Below, one piece after another: positions 37,589-46,996 of a stretch of DNA of 64,000 bases. The stretch lies in the sequence record DRR723986_4151; one strand, given 5' to 3'. The notes below the pieces were generated by a model that saw nothing but the letters and a program-made list of their open reading frames with translations, made no database searches and had not been told where the DNA came from. Positions within the stretch are counted from its first letter, which is position 1. Every line of letters starts with the position of its first letter. Position numbers and translations under genes: made by a program.

Positions 37589-39418
37589 ATGTGCGGACTC
37601 TTAGGCGAATATAAGTTTTCAGGTACTCTGTCAAAATCTCAAGTTTTCGAAGATTTATTGAGCCTTTCAAAGCATAGAGGTCCAGATTCTACAAAGACTT
37701 ATACAGAAACTAAATTTCAGCTAGGTTTTAATCGATTAGCACTTTTAGATTTAACTGCTGCAGGAGAACAGCCCAAAATTAGTCCTTCAAAAAGATATCA
37801 TTTGGTCTTTAATGGTGAGATTTATAATTATAAATTAATACAAGAAAAGTACGGGATAAAAAACCTAAACTCAACCTCAGATACAGAAGTTTTACTGCAC
37901 TTAATTGATAAGCTAGGAGTATTTGACGCTTTAAAAGAGTTGAATGGTATGTTTGCGATTGCTATTATAGATACTAAAGACAGTATAACATATTTAGCAA
38001 GAGATTTTGCTGGAATAAAACCTTTATTTTATGGACTAAACGAAAAAGGATTAGTCTTTGCCTCACAGTTTAATCAGATTTTTAAACATTCTTGGTTTAG
38101 AAATGATTTGTCTTTAAGATCGGATATGATAAAAGAGTATTTTGCTTTCGGTTATATGCAATCTCCAAATACTATATATAGCTCAATTTTTCAAGTCAAT
38201 CCAGGAGAATGCATTTCTTTAGATTCAAAAGGCAACCTAATAGTTAATGTTATAAAGACTTTGGAAAAAAATCCAGACTTATCTAAGAATAAATACAACC
38301 TCAATTCAATTAAGGGTAAGTTACAAATGGCCGTAGAATTACAATCCAACAGCGACAGGTCCTTGGCATCTTTTTTAAGTGGTGGAATAGACAGTTCATT
38401 GATTGTAAGTTATGCGAAAAAGATAAAAAATGATATTGAAGCGTTTACCCTAAAAGTAGATGGTAAAAAATTTAATGAGAGTGATTTTGCAAAGACTTAT
38501 GCAAAACACTTAGAGGTGAGGCATAAATTAGTAGAGGCAAAACAAGAAGAAATATTAAATATAGTTGATGAGCATTTTAGCGCATTTTCAGAACCTTTCG
38601 GAGACTATTCAAGTATACCTACTTATTTGGTGACAAAACGCACCAAAAAGTATCATACAGCAATGCTTTCTGGAGATGGAGGCGATGAGTTATTTTGGGG
38701 TTATCCAAGAATGTACGATGCTATGGTCAAGTCTTTTTGGTTTAGATTACCCTTGGGTTTAAGAAAATTAATAGTGCGGATAACCAACAAAATTGGGATT
38801 ACAAACACCTATGTGCCGTTTTATAAAAGTTTACAGGAATTTTGGATGTGGAAACACATTAAGCTTCCTAAAGAAGTTTTAAACTCAATATTTAAACAAG
38901 ATTTCTCCACAGATATCAAAGATTTATATCAATTAGAAAATAAAAACAAACGCTCTAAACTTCAGAACTTTTTGAGATGGAATGAGTTCTATGGTCATAT
39001 GCAACGAATTTTGATTAAGGTCGATAGAACCAGCATGAAGAATAGTTTAGAAGTTAGAGTACCCTTTTTAGATAAGCATGTTATTGATGAAGCTTGGCAA
39101 TCAAATTTTTCAATTGACAAAATGAGTAAACTTAAGTTACCATTAAAAGAATTGTTGAAACAGGAAATTCCTGAGGATTTACTTATGCAGGAGAAAAAGG
39201 GGTTTTCGGTTCCGATTGAAGATTGGTTTAGATCAAGTCTCAAACAAGATTTAGTAGAAAAAACGATTAAAATGAGCATTTATGGGAGTGCTTATTTTAA
39301 TGAAAAACAATTAAAGCAATATGTTAAAGATTTTCTTGATTTAAAACATAATAATGGCTGGGGAATTTGGCATATTTACGCATGGCAAAATTGGGCTATT
39401 AAGTCTAATCTAATCTAA
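37589..39418 (+). CDS. asnB: Asparagine synthetase B-like glutamine amidotransferase
   Basis: N-terminal MCG (Ntn Cys), HRGPD, FNGEIYN, LSGGIDS, SGDGGDELF, DRTSM..SLEVRVPFLD. Confidence 0.93.
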   Translation: MCGLLGEYKFSGTLSKSQVFEDLLSLSKHRGPDSTKTYTETKFQLGFNRLALLDLTAAGEQPKISPSKRYHLVFNGEIYNYKLIQEKYGIKNLNSTSDTEVLLHLIDKLGVFDALKELNGMFAIAIIDTKDSITYLARDFAGIKPLFYGLNEKGLVFASQFNQIFKHSWFRNDLSLRSDMIKEYFAFGYMQSPNTIYSSIFQVNPGECISLDSKGNLIVNVIKTLEKNPDLSKNKYNLNSIKGKLQMAVELQSNSDRSLASFLSGGIDSSLIVSYAKKIKNDIEAFTLKVDGKKFNESDFAKTYAKHLEVRHKLVEAKQEEILNIVDEHFSAFSEPFGDYSSIPTYLVTKRTKKYHTAMLSGDGGDELFWGYPRMYDAMVKSFWFRLPLGLRKLIVRITNKIGITNTYVPFYKSLQEFWMWKHIKLPKEVLNSIFKQDFSTDIKDLYQLENKNKRSKLQNFLRWNEFYGHMQRILIKVDRTSMKNSLEVRVPFLDKHVIDEAWQSNFSIDKMSKLKLPLKELLKQEIPEDLLMQEKKGFSVPIEDWFRSSLKQDLVEKTIKMSIYGSAYFNEKQLKQYVKDFLDLKHNNGWGIWHIYAWQNWAIKSNLI

Positions 39419-39420
39419 TT

Positions 39421-40608
39421 ATGAAAAAGCTAAACATCATAATGTTTGATGGTAGTTTTAAAACAACTGCTTTTATAAATAGGCTAATTTCTGGCCTGCA
39501 GAATAATCATCATAATCTTCATGTAATTGGTTTCAATACAAAATGTAAAAACAGAATTAAGGGTGTTAACTATGTAGATCTTGGTAATGAAGATAATAAG
39601 ATAAATTTTATATATGTTAGTTTAAAATTGGCACTTGCTTCTTTATTCAAACCCAATGGTTTTTCAAGAATATTAAAAGTTTTAATCGCTATTATTAAAT
39701 CAGATGGTAGTACTTTAAAGCGAATTAATGTTTTAAATAGTATTCATGGTATAGATGCAGATATACTTCACATTCAATGGCCATCATTATTATCATTTTG
39801 TGAGATGATATTAGACAAGACTAGTTGTAAAATAATTTTAAGCCAACGTGGTTATCACATTAATGTGAGACCATTTGTTGAAAAGGACAATATCAATTTC
39901 TTAAAAGAATGGTATCCTCATATTGATGCCTTTCATTCAGTAAGTAAAGCTACAAGGGAAAAGAGCAATCTTATTTTTCACTCTACTAATAAACTTGATA
40001 AAGTTATTTATTCCGGAATTGACTATAACACAATTCCATTTTTTGAAAATTATTCTAAAGGAGGAATTCTAAAAATAATTTCAGTAGGTAGACCTCATTG
40101 GATAAAAGGGTATTCATTTATGATTACAGTCTGTGAAGAATTGAAAAACCGAAAAATTAATTTTCAATACACAATTATAGGTGCAAAAGCTAATGAAGAA
40201 TTAACATATTTAGTTGAGGAATTTGGGTTAAGTAGTCATGTTAAATTGACTTCAAAATTACCGCAACAAGACGTTTTTACAATGATTAGAGAATCGTCTT
40301 TATTTGTATTACCAAGTATAGAAGAAGGTCTTGCGAATGTGGTAATTGAAGCAATGACGATTGGTATACCTGTGATTACTACAAATGTAGGTGGTATGCC
40401 TGAAATTGTAAATCATAATACCACAGGGTGGTTGGTGCCTTATAATGATGTGCAATCCTCAGTAAAACAAATTGAAGATTTCATTAAATTGGATAATAAA
40501 ACCGTTGAAAACATAAGAGTTAATGCAAGAAAAAAAATAGAAGAGCAACACAATATAAATAATATGATTTTAGAATTTGAATCATTTTATTATCAATGTT
40601 TAGACTAA
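39421..40608 (+). CDS. GT4 glycosyltransferase
   Basis: VGR....KG, PSIEEGLANVVIEAM. Confidence 0.9.
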   Translation: MKKLNIIMFDGSFKTTAFINRLISGLQNNHHNLHVIGFNTKCKNRIKGVNYVDLGNEDNKINFIYVSLKLALASLFKPNGFSRILKVLIAIIKSDGSTLKRINVLNSIHGIDADILHIQWPSLLSFCEMILDKTSCKIILSQRGYHINVRPFVEKDNINFLKEWYPHIDAFHSVSKATREKSNLIFHSTNKLDKVIYSGIDYNTIPFFENYSKGGILKIISVGRPHWIKGYSFMITVCEELKNRKINFQYTIIGAKANEELTYLVEEFGLSSHVKLTSKLPQQDVFTMIRESSLFVLPSIEEGLANVVIEAMTIGIPVITTNVGGMPEIVNHNTTGWLVPYNDVQSSVKQIEDFIKLDNKTVENIRVNARKKIEEQHNINNMILEFESFYYQCLD

Positions 40609-40623
40609 TTTGATGGACTGTTA

Positions 40624-42012
40624 ATGAACACAATAAAGACTGATATTATACCATATAAGCCTAGCTATGCCAAGATAAATGCACCTGAGGTACTTAATTA
40701 TGAAGCTATATGTGTTTTTGTGGCTATTGGTTTTTTTATAGATCAGGATTGTTATTATAAAAATGAAGTTTGTTTAAGACCTGCAACGATAAATACCATA
40801 GATGAAAAAGGCTTTTTAATAAAGAGTGAACCTTGGTTTAAATGGCATTATACTCCAAGAGATATAAATCCTGAAAATGCATTAAAAGAATTTACAGAGC
40901 TATTTGAATTAATTATCGATGAACAAACTAATTCAAAAAAAGTAATTCTTCCATTGTCTGGTGGTTTAGATAGTAGGTCGCAAGCAGTGGCATTAAAACA
41001 TTTAGGGAAAGAAGTTAGTTCGTATAGTTATAGTTTTAAAAATGGATATAACGAGAGTAAAATCTCAGAAGATATAGCTGAGCAATGCAATTTTGAATTC
41101 GAGAAATTCGAAATCTCAAAAGGCTATTTGTGGAAATCGATTAAATCTTTGGCAAAGATAAATAAGTGTTATTCAGAATTCACACATCCAAGGCAAATGG
41201 GTGTTGTAGATCAACTTAAATTAAAAGGTGAATTGTTCTCTTTAGGTCATTGGGGAGATGTACTTTTTGATAGTACAACTGATAGGCAATTATCTGAAGA
41301 GGAAGAATTGAATTTAATTTTAAAGAAAATCATTAAAAAAGGTGGTCTTTCTTTAGCTTCTAAACTTTGGGATACATGGTCGCTTAAGGGTAATTTTGAA
41401 GATTATCTAAGGCAAAGAGTAAAAGTACTTTTGGGCGAAATCAAAATAGATAATTCTAGCGCCAAAATAAGAGCTTTTAAGTCTTTGTATTGGGCGCCAA
41501 GATGGACATCTATTAATTTATCAATTTTTGAAACGGTAGCACCAATAAGCCTTCCTTATTATGATAATAGAATGTGTGAATTTATTTGTACCATTCCAGA
41601 ATCTATTTTAGCTAATAGGCAATTGCAAATAGACTATATAAAGAATAGAAATAAAGCAGTCTCTAAAATTATGTGGCAAGAACACAAACCATTTAATTTG
41701 TCAAATTATAAGTATAATAAAACGCCATATAATTTACCAAGTAGAGCTTTAAATAAGCTTAAGAGGATTTTTAAGTCAAGTATTGGTAAACAATATGTTC
41801 AGCGCAATTGGGAGCTTCAATTTATTGGAAATCGAAATGATTCAGAATTAAAAAACTATTTATTTAATAATGGTTTAGATAGCCTGATTCCAAACTCTAT
41901 AATAAAAGAAACATATTCAAAATTTAAGGATGAAGATCAATTAGAATTTTCGCATCCTTTAAGTATGCTTTTAACCTTATCTTTATGGCAATCTAGTTTC
42001 AATGAAGAATAG
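40624..42012 (+). CDS. Asparagine-synthetase-like ATP pyrophosphatase lacking the glutaminase domain
   Basis: PLSGGLDSR at ~aa 110, GHWGD, LPYYD; no N-terminal Cys or Ntn domain. Confidence 0.8.
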   Translation: MNTIKTDIIPYKPSYAKINAPEVLNYEAICVFVAIGFFIDQDCYYKNEVCLRPATINTIDEKGFLIKSEPWFKWHYTPRDINPENALKEFTELFELIIDEQTNSKKVILPLSGGLDSRSQAVALKHLGKEVSSYSYSFKNGYNESKISEDIAEQCNFEFEKFEISKGYLWKSIKSLAKINKCYSEFTHPRQMGVVDQLKLKGELFSLGHWGDVLFDSTTDRQLSEEEELNLILKKIIKKGGLSLASKLWDTWSLKGNFEDYLRQRVKVLLGEIKIDNSSAKIRAFKSLYWAPRWTSINLSIFETVAPISLPYYDNRMCEFICTIPESILANRQLQIDYIKNRNKAVSKIMWQEHKPFNLSNYKYNKTPYNLPSRALNKLKRIFKSSIGKQYVQRNWELQFIGNRNDSELKNYLFNNGLDSLIPNSIIKETYSKFKDEDQLEFSHPLSMLLTLSLWQSSFNEE

Positions 42013-43066
42013 GCTTATTAATATATTATATACCATTCCAAATTTTAAAACAGCAGGAAGCCAAGACGTACTGATATCAATATTAAAGGGTTTGGATGCG
42101 GCAAAATTTAATATTTTTATCGCAGTTGAAAGTCATCCAGAATTAATACCATCTATAGTACTCCAAGATAATAGGCTTCATCTTAATTATTCTGGTAAAA
42201 TATTGAAAGATGCTACCTGTTTATCCAAGATATTAAGACGACATAAAATTGATATTTTACATTCTTGGGATTATAAGTCAGATATTGCAGAAGCACTAGC
42301 ATGTCGTTTAAGTAACGTTAAATATCTATTTACAAAAAAAAATAATTCTTGGTCTAGAAAATGGCATCTAAAAAGTGTATTGGCAAATTATATTGCTTAC
42401 GATAATCCAGATATGGTTGAGCGATTTTTTAAACCTAATTATTTAAATAATAAAGCCATATTTATTCCTCATGGTGTTGATATAACTAAGTTTAAACCTG
42501 GAATTAAATTAACAAAACAGATATTTAATCTTTGTTGCATTGGTAACATTGTAGAAAATAAAAATCAAGAAGATATACTAAAAGCATTAATCGAATTACC
42601 GGAACATATTCATCTCAACTTATATGGAAGAGAGGATAAAGCTTATAGGAATAAACTTAATTTAATAATTAAAACTAACAGCTTACAAGATCGTGTTCAT
42701 TTTAATAGATTTGTAAAGAATGAGGATATTCCAACTGTTTTAAATCAACAAGATATATTTGTCTTAGCATCCAAACAAGAGGGATTACCAGTGTCAATAT
42801 TAGAAGCACTATCTTGTGGAATCCCTGTTTTAAGTTCTGATTCGGGCGGAGGAGCCTCCTTTATCTTAAAGAATGAAAATGGTGGTTTAATCTTCAACTC
42901 ATTACAAGAGTTAATTAAACAGGTGAAATTATTAGAAAATAATCCAGAATTATATGAAGCATTCTCAAAAAAAGCAATTTTTAATGTTAGAGAGCGATTT
43001 TCAATTCAAAAAGAAATAAATGCTTACAAAGATTTATATTTGATGATGTGTAATCAATTATCATAA
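42002..43066 (+). CDS. GT4 glycosyltransferase
   Basis: IPHGVD, KNQ, SKQEGLPVSILEAL. Confidence 0.9.
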   Translation: MKNRLINILYTIPNFKTAGSQDVLISILKGLDAAKFNIFIAVESHPELIPSIVLQDNRLHLNYSGKILKDATCLSKILRRHKIDILHSWDYKSDIAEALACRLSNVKYLFTKKNNSWSRKWHLKSVLANYIAYDNPDMVERFFKPNYLNNKAIFIPHGVDITKFKPGIKLTKQIFNLCCIGNIVENKNQEDILKALIELPEHIHLNLYGREDKAYRNKLNLIIKTNSLQDRVHFNRFVKNEDIPTVLNQQDIFVLASKQEGLPVSILEALSCGIPVLSSDSGGGASFILKNENGGLIFNSLQELIKQVKLLENNPELYEAFSKKAIFNVRERFSIQKEINAYKDLYLMMCNQLS

Positions 43067-43081
43067 ATAAATTTAATTTTT

Positions 43082-43930
43082 CTGGGGCAATTCAATAAAC
43101 ATATTGTTGTTGCTGGTTCTGCAAGAAGTGGTACTAGTTGGTTGGCTGAGATTATTGCTCAACAATTTAGATATCGTCTATTATTTGAACCTGAGCATGA
43201 GTATCAGACTAAAAATGGCTATTTAATTTGTGATAAATTAATAACTAGTTCAAATGTCTCAATAAAACAGAAAAATTACTTCGTTCAGATATTTAAAAAT
43301 AAAGTAGACTGTAATTGGATTGCACAAATTAGTAATAGAAAATTTAAAATGCATCTTTGGCCATTTTTGCCAAAAAAATATATAATTAAATTTGTTCGTG
43401 GTAATTTATCTATACCATTTATAAATGGGTTTTTTAAAATCCCTGTACTTTTTATTATCAGAAATCCTTATGATGTTATTGCCTCACAAGACCGTGTTAA
43501 GTTTCCTTGGCTCTATGATCTCAATCATTTTAAAAAGCAAGAATTATTAAGTGGTTTTTTATTGAAGGAGTATGATTTTTCTTGGAATGATTTAGAAAAA
43601 TATACCGAAATTCAAGTATTAACTATACGGTGGTGTATAGAGAATAGAGTAATTTTTGACTTACATGATTTCGCAGATTCTAGTTTTAGAATTTTAAAAT
43701 ATGAAGATTTAAAAAACGATATCGATTTATTTCTTACTATATGCCAAGAATTTGATTTAAAGCCTTTAGATAATATTTCTAGTGTTTATAGTAAACCATC
43801 ATCAAAGACCCACCCTAAAAGTAATATTAGAGGTAATATTAAAAATAATAGTTTATCGCCTTCAAAAATCAAAGAGATAAATGTTATACTTAAAAAGTTT
43901 AAAATATCCAGGTATCCTTTGCAAAAGTGA
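43082..43930 (+). CDS. PAPS-dependent sulfotransferase (family 1/3-like)
   Basis: 5'-PSB loop VAGSARSGTSWL lies upstream of the ORF-track start (43142); FEP, IIRNPYDVIAS (3'-PB), LKYEDL; start uncertain (CTG 43082?). Confidence 0.85.
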   Translation: MGQFNKHIVVAGSARSGTSWLAEIIAQQFRYRLLFEPEHEYQTKNGYLICDKLITSSNVSIKQKNYFVQIFKNKVDCNWIAQISNRKFKMHLWPFLPKKYIIKFVRGNLSIPFINGFFKIPVLFIIRNPYDVIASQDRVKFPWLYDLNHFKKQELLSGFLLKEYDFSWNDLEKYTEIQVLTIRWCIENRVIFDLHDFADSSFRILKYEDLKNDIDLFLTICQEFDLKPLDNISSVYSKPSSKTHPKSNIRGNIKNNSLSPSKIKEINVILKKFKISRYPLQK

Positions 43931-44715
43931 GAACGAAATTAAAAAGAACATATAAGTTTATTAAACGAAAATATGCCGCTATTATTTTCAAAAAAAACAA
44001 GCCATATCTTAATGGGTACGACAGAATTTATCATGTTCATATTAGAAAAAGTGCTGGTACCAGTATAAACTCAGCTTTTTGGGATCTGGGAGGCTTTAAT
44101 TTAAAGCGAGTTAAACGCAAAGCTCTATTGATAAAGGGTAAGTTTATATTTGTAAGAAATAATGAGCATTTAATTAAAGATGGTAATTATTTTTATGCAA
44201 ATTCTCATATACCTTATTGGAATTTAGAATTACCCACAAATACTTTTATGTTTTGTATGCTGAGAGATCCTTATAAGAGATTACTGTCTTTATATAGATA
44301 TCTTAATTGGGTTAAGGAATTGAATCCAAAAAATGCTCAAAAGGAAGAACCTTATTACAATTCTGTTTTTAAACAGACCAAATGGTTAGGAGGTAGTTTT
44401 AGTGAATTTTTAGAAAACTTACCAATAAACCATTTGCAAAATCAGTTATATATTTTTTCGGAAAATGGTGATGTTAGTGAGGCAATTTCAAATATTGTGA
44501 AATTAGATGCTATATATAATCAGGAAAATTTTGATAATGCCATTAAAGACTTGAGTCTGGTTATTGGTGAAAATTTAACCGTTAAAAGAGAGCGTGTTTT
44601 TTCAAGAAAGTATGAATTTGTTCCATCTGAAGAAGAGGAGGAAAGAGCACGAAAATTGCTATTAGAAGAATATAAGTTTTATAATGGTGTAACTTCTAAA
44701 TTTGCAGCTTTATGA
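43927..44715 (+). CDS. Sulfotransferase family 2-like protein
   Basis: HVHIRKSAGTS (5'-PSB), LRDPYKRLLSLY (3'-PB), NQ motif. Confidence 0.85.
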   Translation: MRTKLKRTYKFIKRKYAAIIFKKNKPYLNGYDRIYHVHIRKSAGTSINSAFWDLGGFNLKRVKRKALLIKGKFIFVRNNEHLIKDGNYFYANSHIPYWNLELPTNTFMFCMLRDPYKRLLSLYRYLNWVKELNPKNAQKEEPYYNSVFKQTKWLGGSFSEFLENLPINHLQNQLYIFSENGDVSEAISNIVKLDAIYNQENFDNAIKDLSLVIGENLTVKRERVFSRKYEFVPSEEEEERARKLLLEEYKFYNGVTSKFAAL

Positions 44716-45890
44716 CAATAGGATTAGTACTTCCTTCTACACCTAATTATTCTGAAACTTTTTTTATAAATAAAATAAAAGGTCTTCAGAGTAATGGTTT
44801 TAAAGTTGTTTTATTCGTTAGAGAAACACGAAATAATTTTAATTTATGTAGAGTTGTTAAAATGCCCAAAGTCATTAATAATAGAGCGTTATTTTTATTA
44901 AAATCACTGTTAATATTTTTTTCTTTAATTCCGCATATTAGTAATACTATTAAATTTTACCATTTAGAGAAAAAGGCTAAAACTTCTACGTTTGATGCAC
45001 TTAAAAGAATTTATCTAAATAGTCATATTCTTAAAACAAAAGTAAATGTCTTGCATTTTGGTTTTGCAACTCAAGCTATTGGTAGTGAGTTTGTTGCTAA
45101 AGCTCTTGGTGCTAAGATGACAGTGAGTTTAAGAGGATTTGATATTAATGTATTTCCACTTAAACACCCAAATTGTTATCTTAAATTATGGAGAAATGTA
45201 GATAAAGTTCATAGTATTTCAAAGTTTCTGCTTGATGAAGCGTATAAATTAGGGTTAGATAAAAACAAATCGTACCAAATAATTGCACCAGCTGTTGATT
45301 TTCAACAATTAAATGATTCTGCTGGGAAATCAACTAAAAATAATGATTGCATAACTATTTGTACAGTAGCAAGACTTAATTGGATTAAAAATTTATCCAC
45401 TGCAATTGAAACTATTAGCAGTTTGGTTAAACTTTATCCAGATTTGAAATATGAAATTATAGGAGGTGGAAATCAAAAAGAAAAAGAGCGTTATCTCTAT
45501 TTGGTGAATCAATTAGATTTAAGTGATCATATTATTTTTTATGACAAACTTTCACACTCAGATACATTATTAAAAATTAGACACTCAGATATATATCTAC
45601 AGACAAGTTATAATGAAGGTTTTTGTAATGCAGTTTTAGAAGCGCAGGCATTAGGTTGTTTAACTGTGGCCTCAGATGTAGGTGGTTTAAGAGAAAATAT
45701 TGAAGAGAATAAAACAGGGTGGCTAGTTAGCCCAATTAATAAGAAAGCATTCGAAGCTAAAATTATAGAGGTATTACGACTGCCAGATTTAGAAAAAAGC
45801 AAAATAAAAATTGCCGCTCAAAATCGTGTTAAGGAAAAATTCAACTTAGATAAACAACGCAATCAATTTATTGATTTTTATAACTTCTAA
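44712..45890 (+). CDS. GT4 glycosyltransferase
   Basis: YSETF, SLRGFDI, VARL...K, EGFCNAVLEAQA. Confidence 0.9.
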   Translation: MTIGLVLPSTPNYSETFFINKIKGLQSNGFKVVLFVRETRNNFNLCRVVKMPKVINNRALFLLKSLLIFFSLIPHISNTIKFYHLEKKAKTSTFDALKRIYLNSHILKTKVNVLHFGFATQAIGSEFVAKALGAKMTVSLRGFDINVFPLKHPNCYLKLWRNVDKVHSISKFLLDEAYKLGLDKNKSYQIIAPAVDFQQLNDSAGKSTKNNDCITICTVARLNWIKNLSTAIETISSLVKLYPDLKYEIIGGGNQKEKERYLYLVNQLDLSDHIIFYDKLSHSDTLLKIRHSDIYLQTSYNEGFCNAVLEAQALGCLTVASDVGGLRENIEENKTGWLVSPINKKAFEAKIIEVLRLPDLEKSKIKIAAQNRVKEKFNLDKQRNQFIDFYNF

Positions 45891-45928
45891 GCAAGCTTTA
45901 GGTTTATCAAGTTTTGTATTTTTAACAC

Positions 45929-46993
45929 ATGAAGCTTTTTTATCCAAACAACCATTACGATTTTAAACAAAGAATGCATCTGTTTCCCTTATTAAAGCCG
46001 TTTATTAAGCCTGAAGGGTTTACTGATAAAGAGCGAAAAACTATTTATGGCGTATCCGATAAAGACTTTGATTTTGTAGATAGTATAGGAGAATCTAATA
46101 TTACTATTCTTACAATGTCTTGGTTGTATTATAAGATAACAAACCAAGAAGAAAAAGCAATTGACTTTATAAAGAAAGCTAACAATCTAAATAAACCTGT
46201 TCTTATATTAATTCCAGGAGATAATGGTATAGATATTCCTGAGGGATTAAGTGTAATTGTTATAAGAGCTCAGGGTTATAAAGCCAAGCTAAATGGTAAG
46301 CATCATTGTATGCCAGTTTTTATAAATGATCCTTTAAAGCTTCATTATAGTTCAACAGATGTAATTTCTCGTATATATGACAAAAGACCAGTCGTAGGTT
46401 TCTGTGGCCAAGCTAACAAGAGTAAAATTGAAGCATTAAAAGACTATTTTAAAACTGCAGTTAAAAATGTTTTGTATTATGTAAAGATGAGATGGCAGAC
46501 ACCTCACGCTTTAATGGCTCCTAAATATTTAAGAGCCAAACTGGTATATAAAATATTGAATGATGGCAGAGTAACTTCTAATTTCATTATCAAAAAGAAA
46601 TATAGAGCAGGTGTTAATTCTAATGAACAAAAGGATAAACATAAAACCACTCTGGAATTTTTTGATAATATAATACAATCAGATTATGTGTTGTGTGTTA
46701 GAGGAGCTGGTAATTTTTCTGTAAGATTATATGAAACCTTAGCTATGGGTAGGATTCCCGTCTATGTAAATACAGATTGTATATTACCATTAAGTGATAC
46801 CATAAATTGGAAAGACCATGTAGTTTGGGTTGAATATAAAGACAGAAATAAAATTGTAGAAAAGATTGAAGCGTATCACAATAAAATGACCGAGAAAGAA
46901 TTAAATAATCAGTTTGCGAAAAACAGAAATCTTTGGGAAACTAAATTGCAATTAAAGCCCTATTTTGAAGAACTTTTAAATTCTATTAACTAA
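45929..46993 (+). CDS. Exostosin-family (GT47-like) glycosyltransferase
   Basis: VGFCG, LR, SDYVLCVRGAGNFSVRLYETLAMGRIPV, LPL...INW. Confidence 0.82.
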   Translation: MKLFYPNNHYDFKQRMHLFPLLKPFIKPEGFTDKERKTIYGVSDKDFDFVDSIGESNITILTMSWLYYKITNQEEKAIDFIKKANNLNKPVLILIPGDNGIDIPEGLSVIVIRAQGYKAKLNGKHHCMPVFINDPLKLHYSSTDVISRIYDKRPVVGFCGQANKSKIEALKDYFKTAVKNVLYYVKMRWQTPHALMAPKYLRAKLVYKILNDGRVTSNFIIKKKYRAGVNSNEQKDKHKTTLEFFDNIIQSDYVLCVRGAGNFSVRLYETLAMGRIPVYVNTDCILPLSDTINWKDHVVWVEYKDRNKIVEKIEAYHNKMTEKELNNQFAKNRNLWETKLQLKPYFEELLNSIN

Positions 46994-46996
46994 GTA

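Noticed and set aside
33500-42345. A8-A9/T8 homopolymers in glycan genes (e.g. 36010, 36894, 42334) as phase-variation tracts
   Set aside because: Expected at this AT content; all frames are intact; similar runs occur in housekeeping genes
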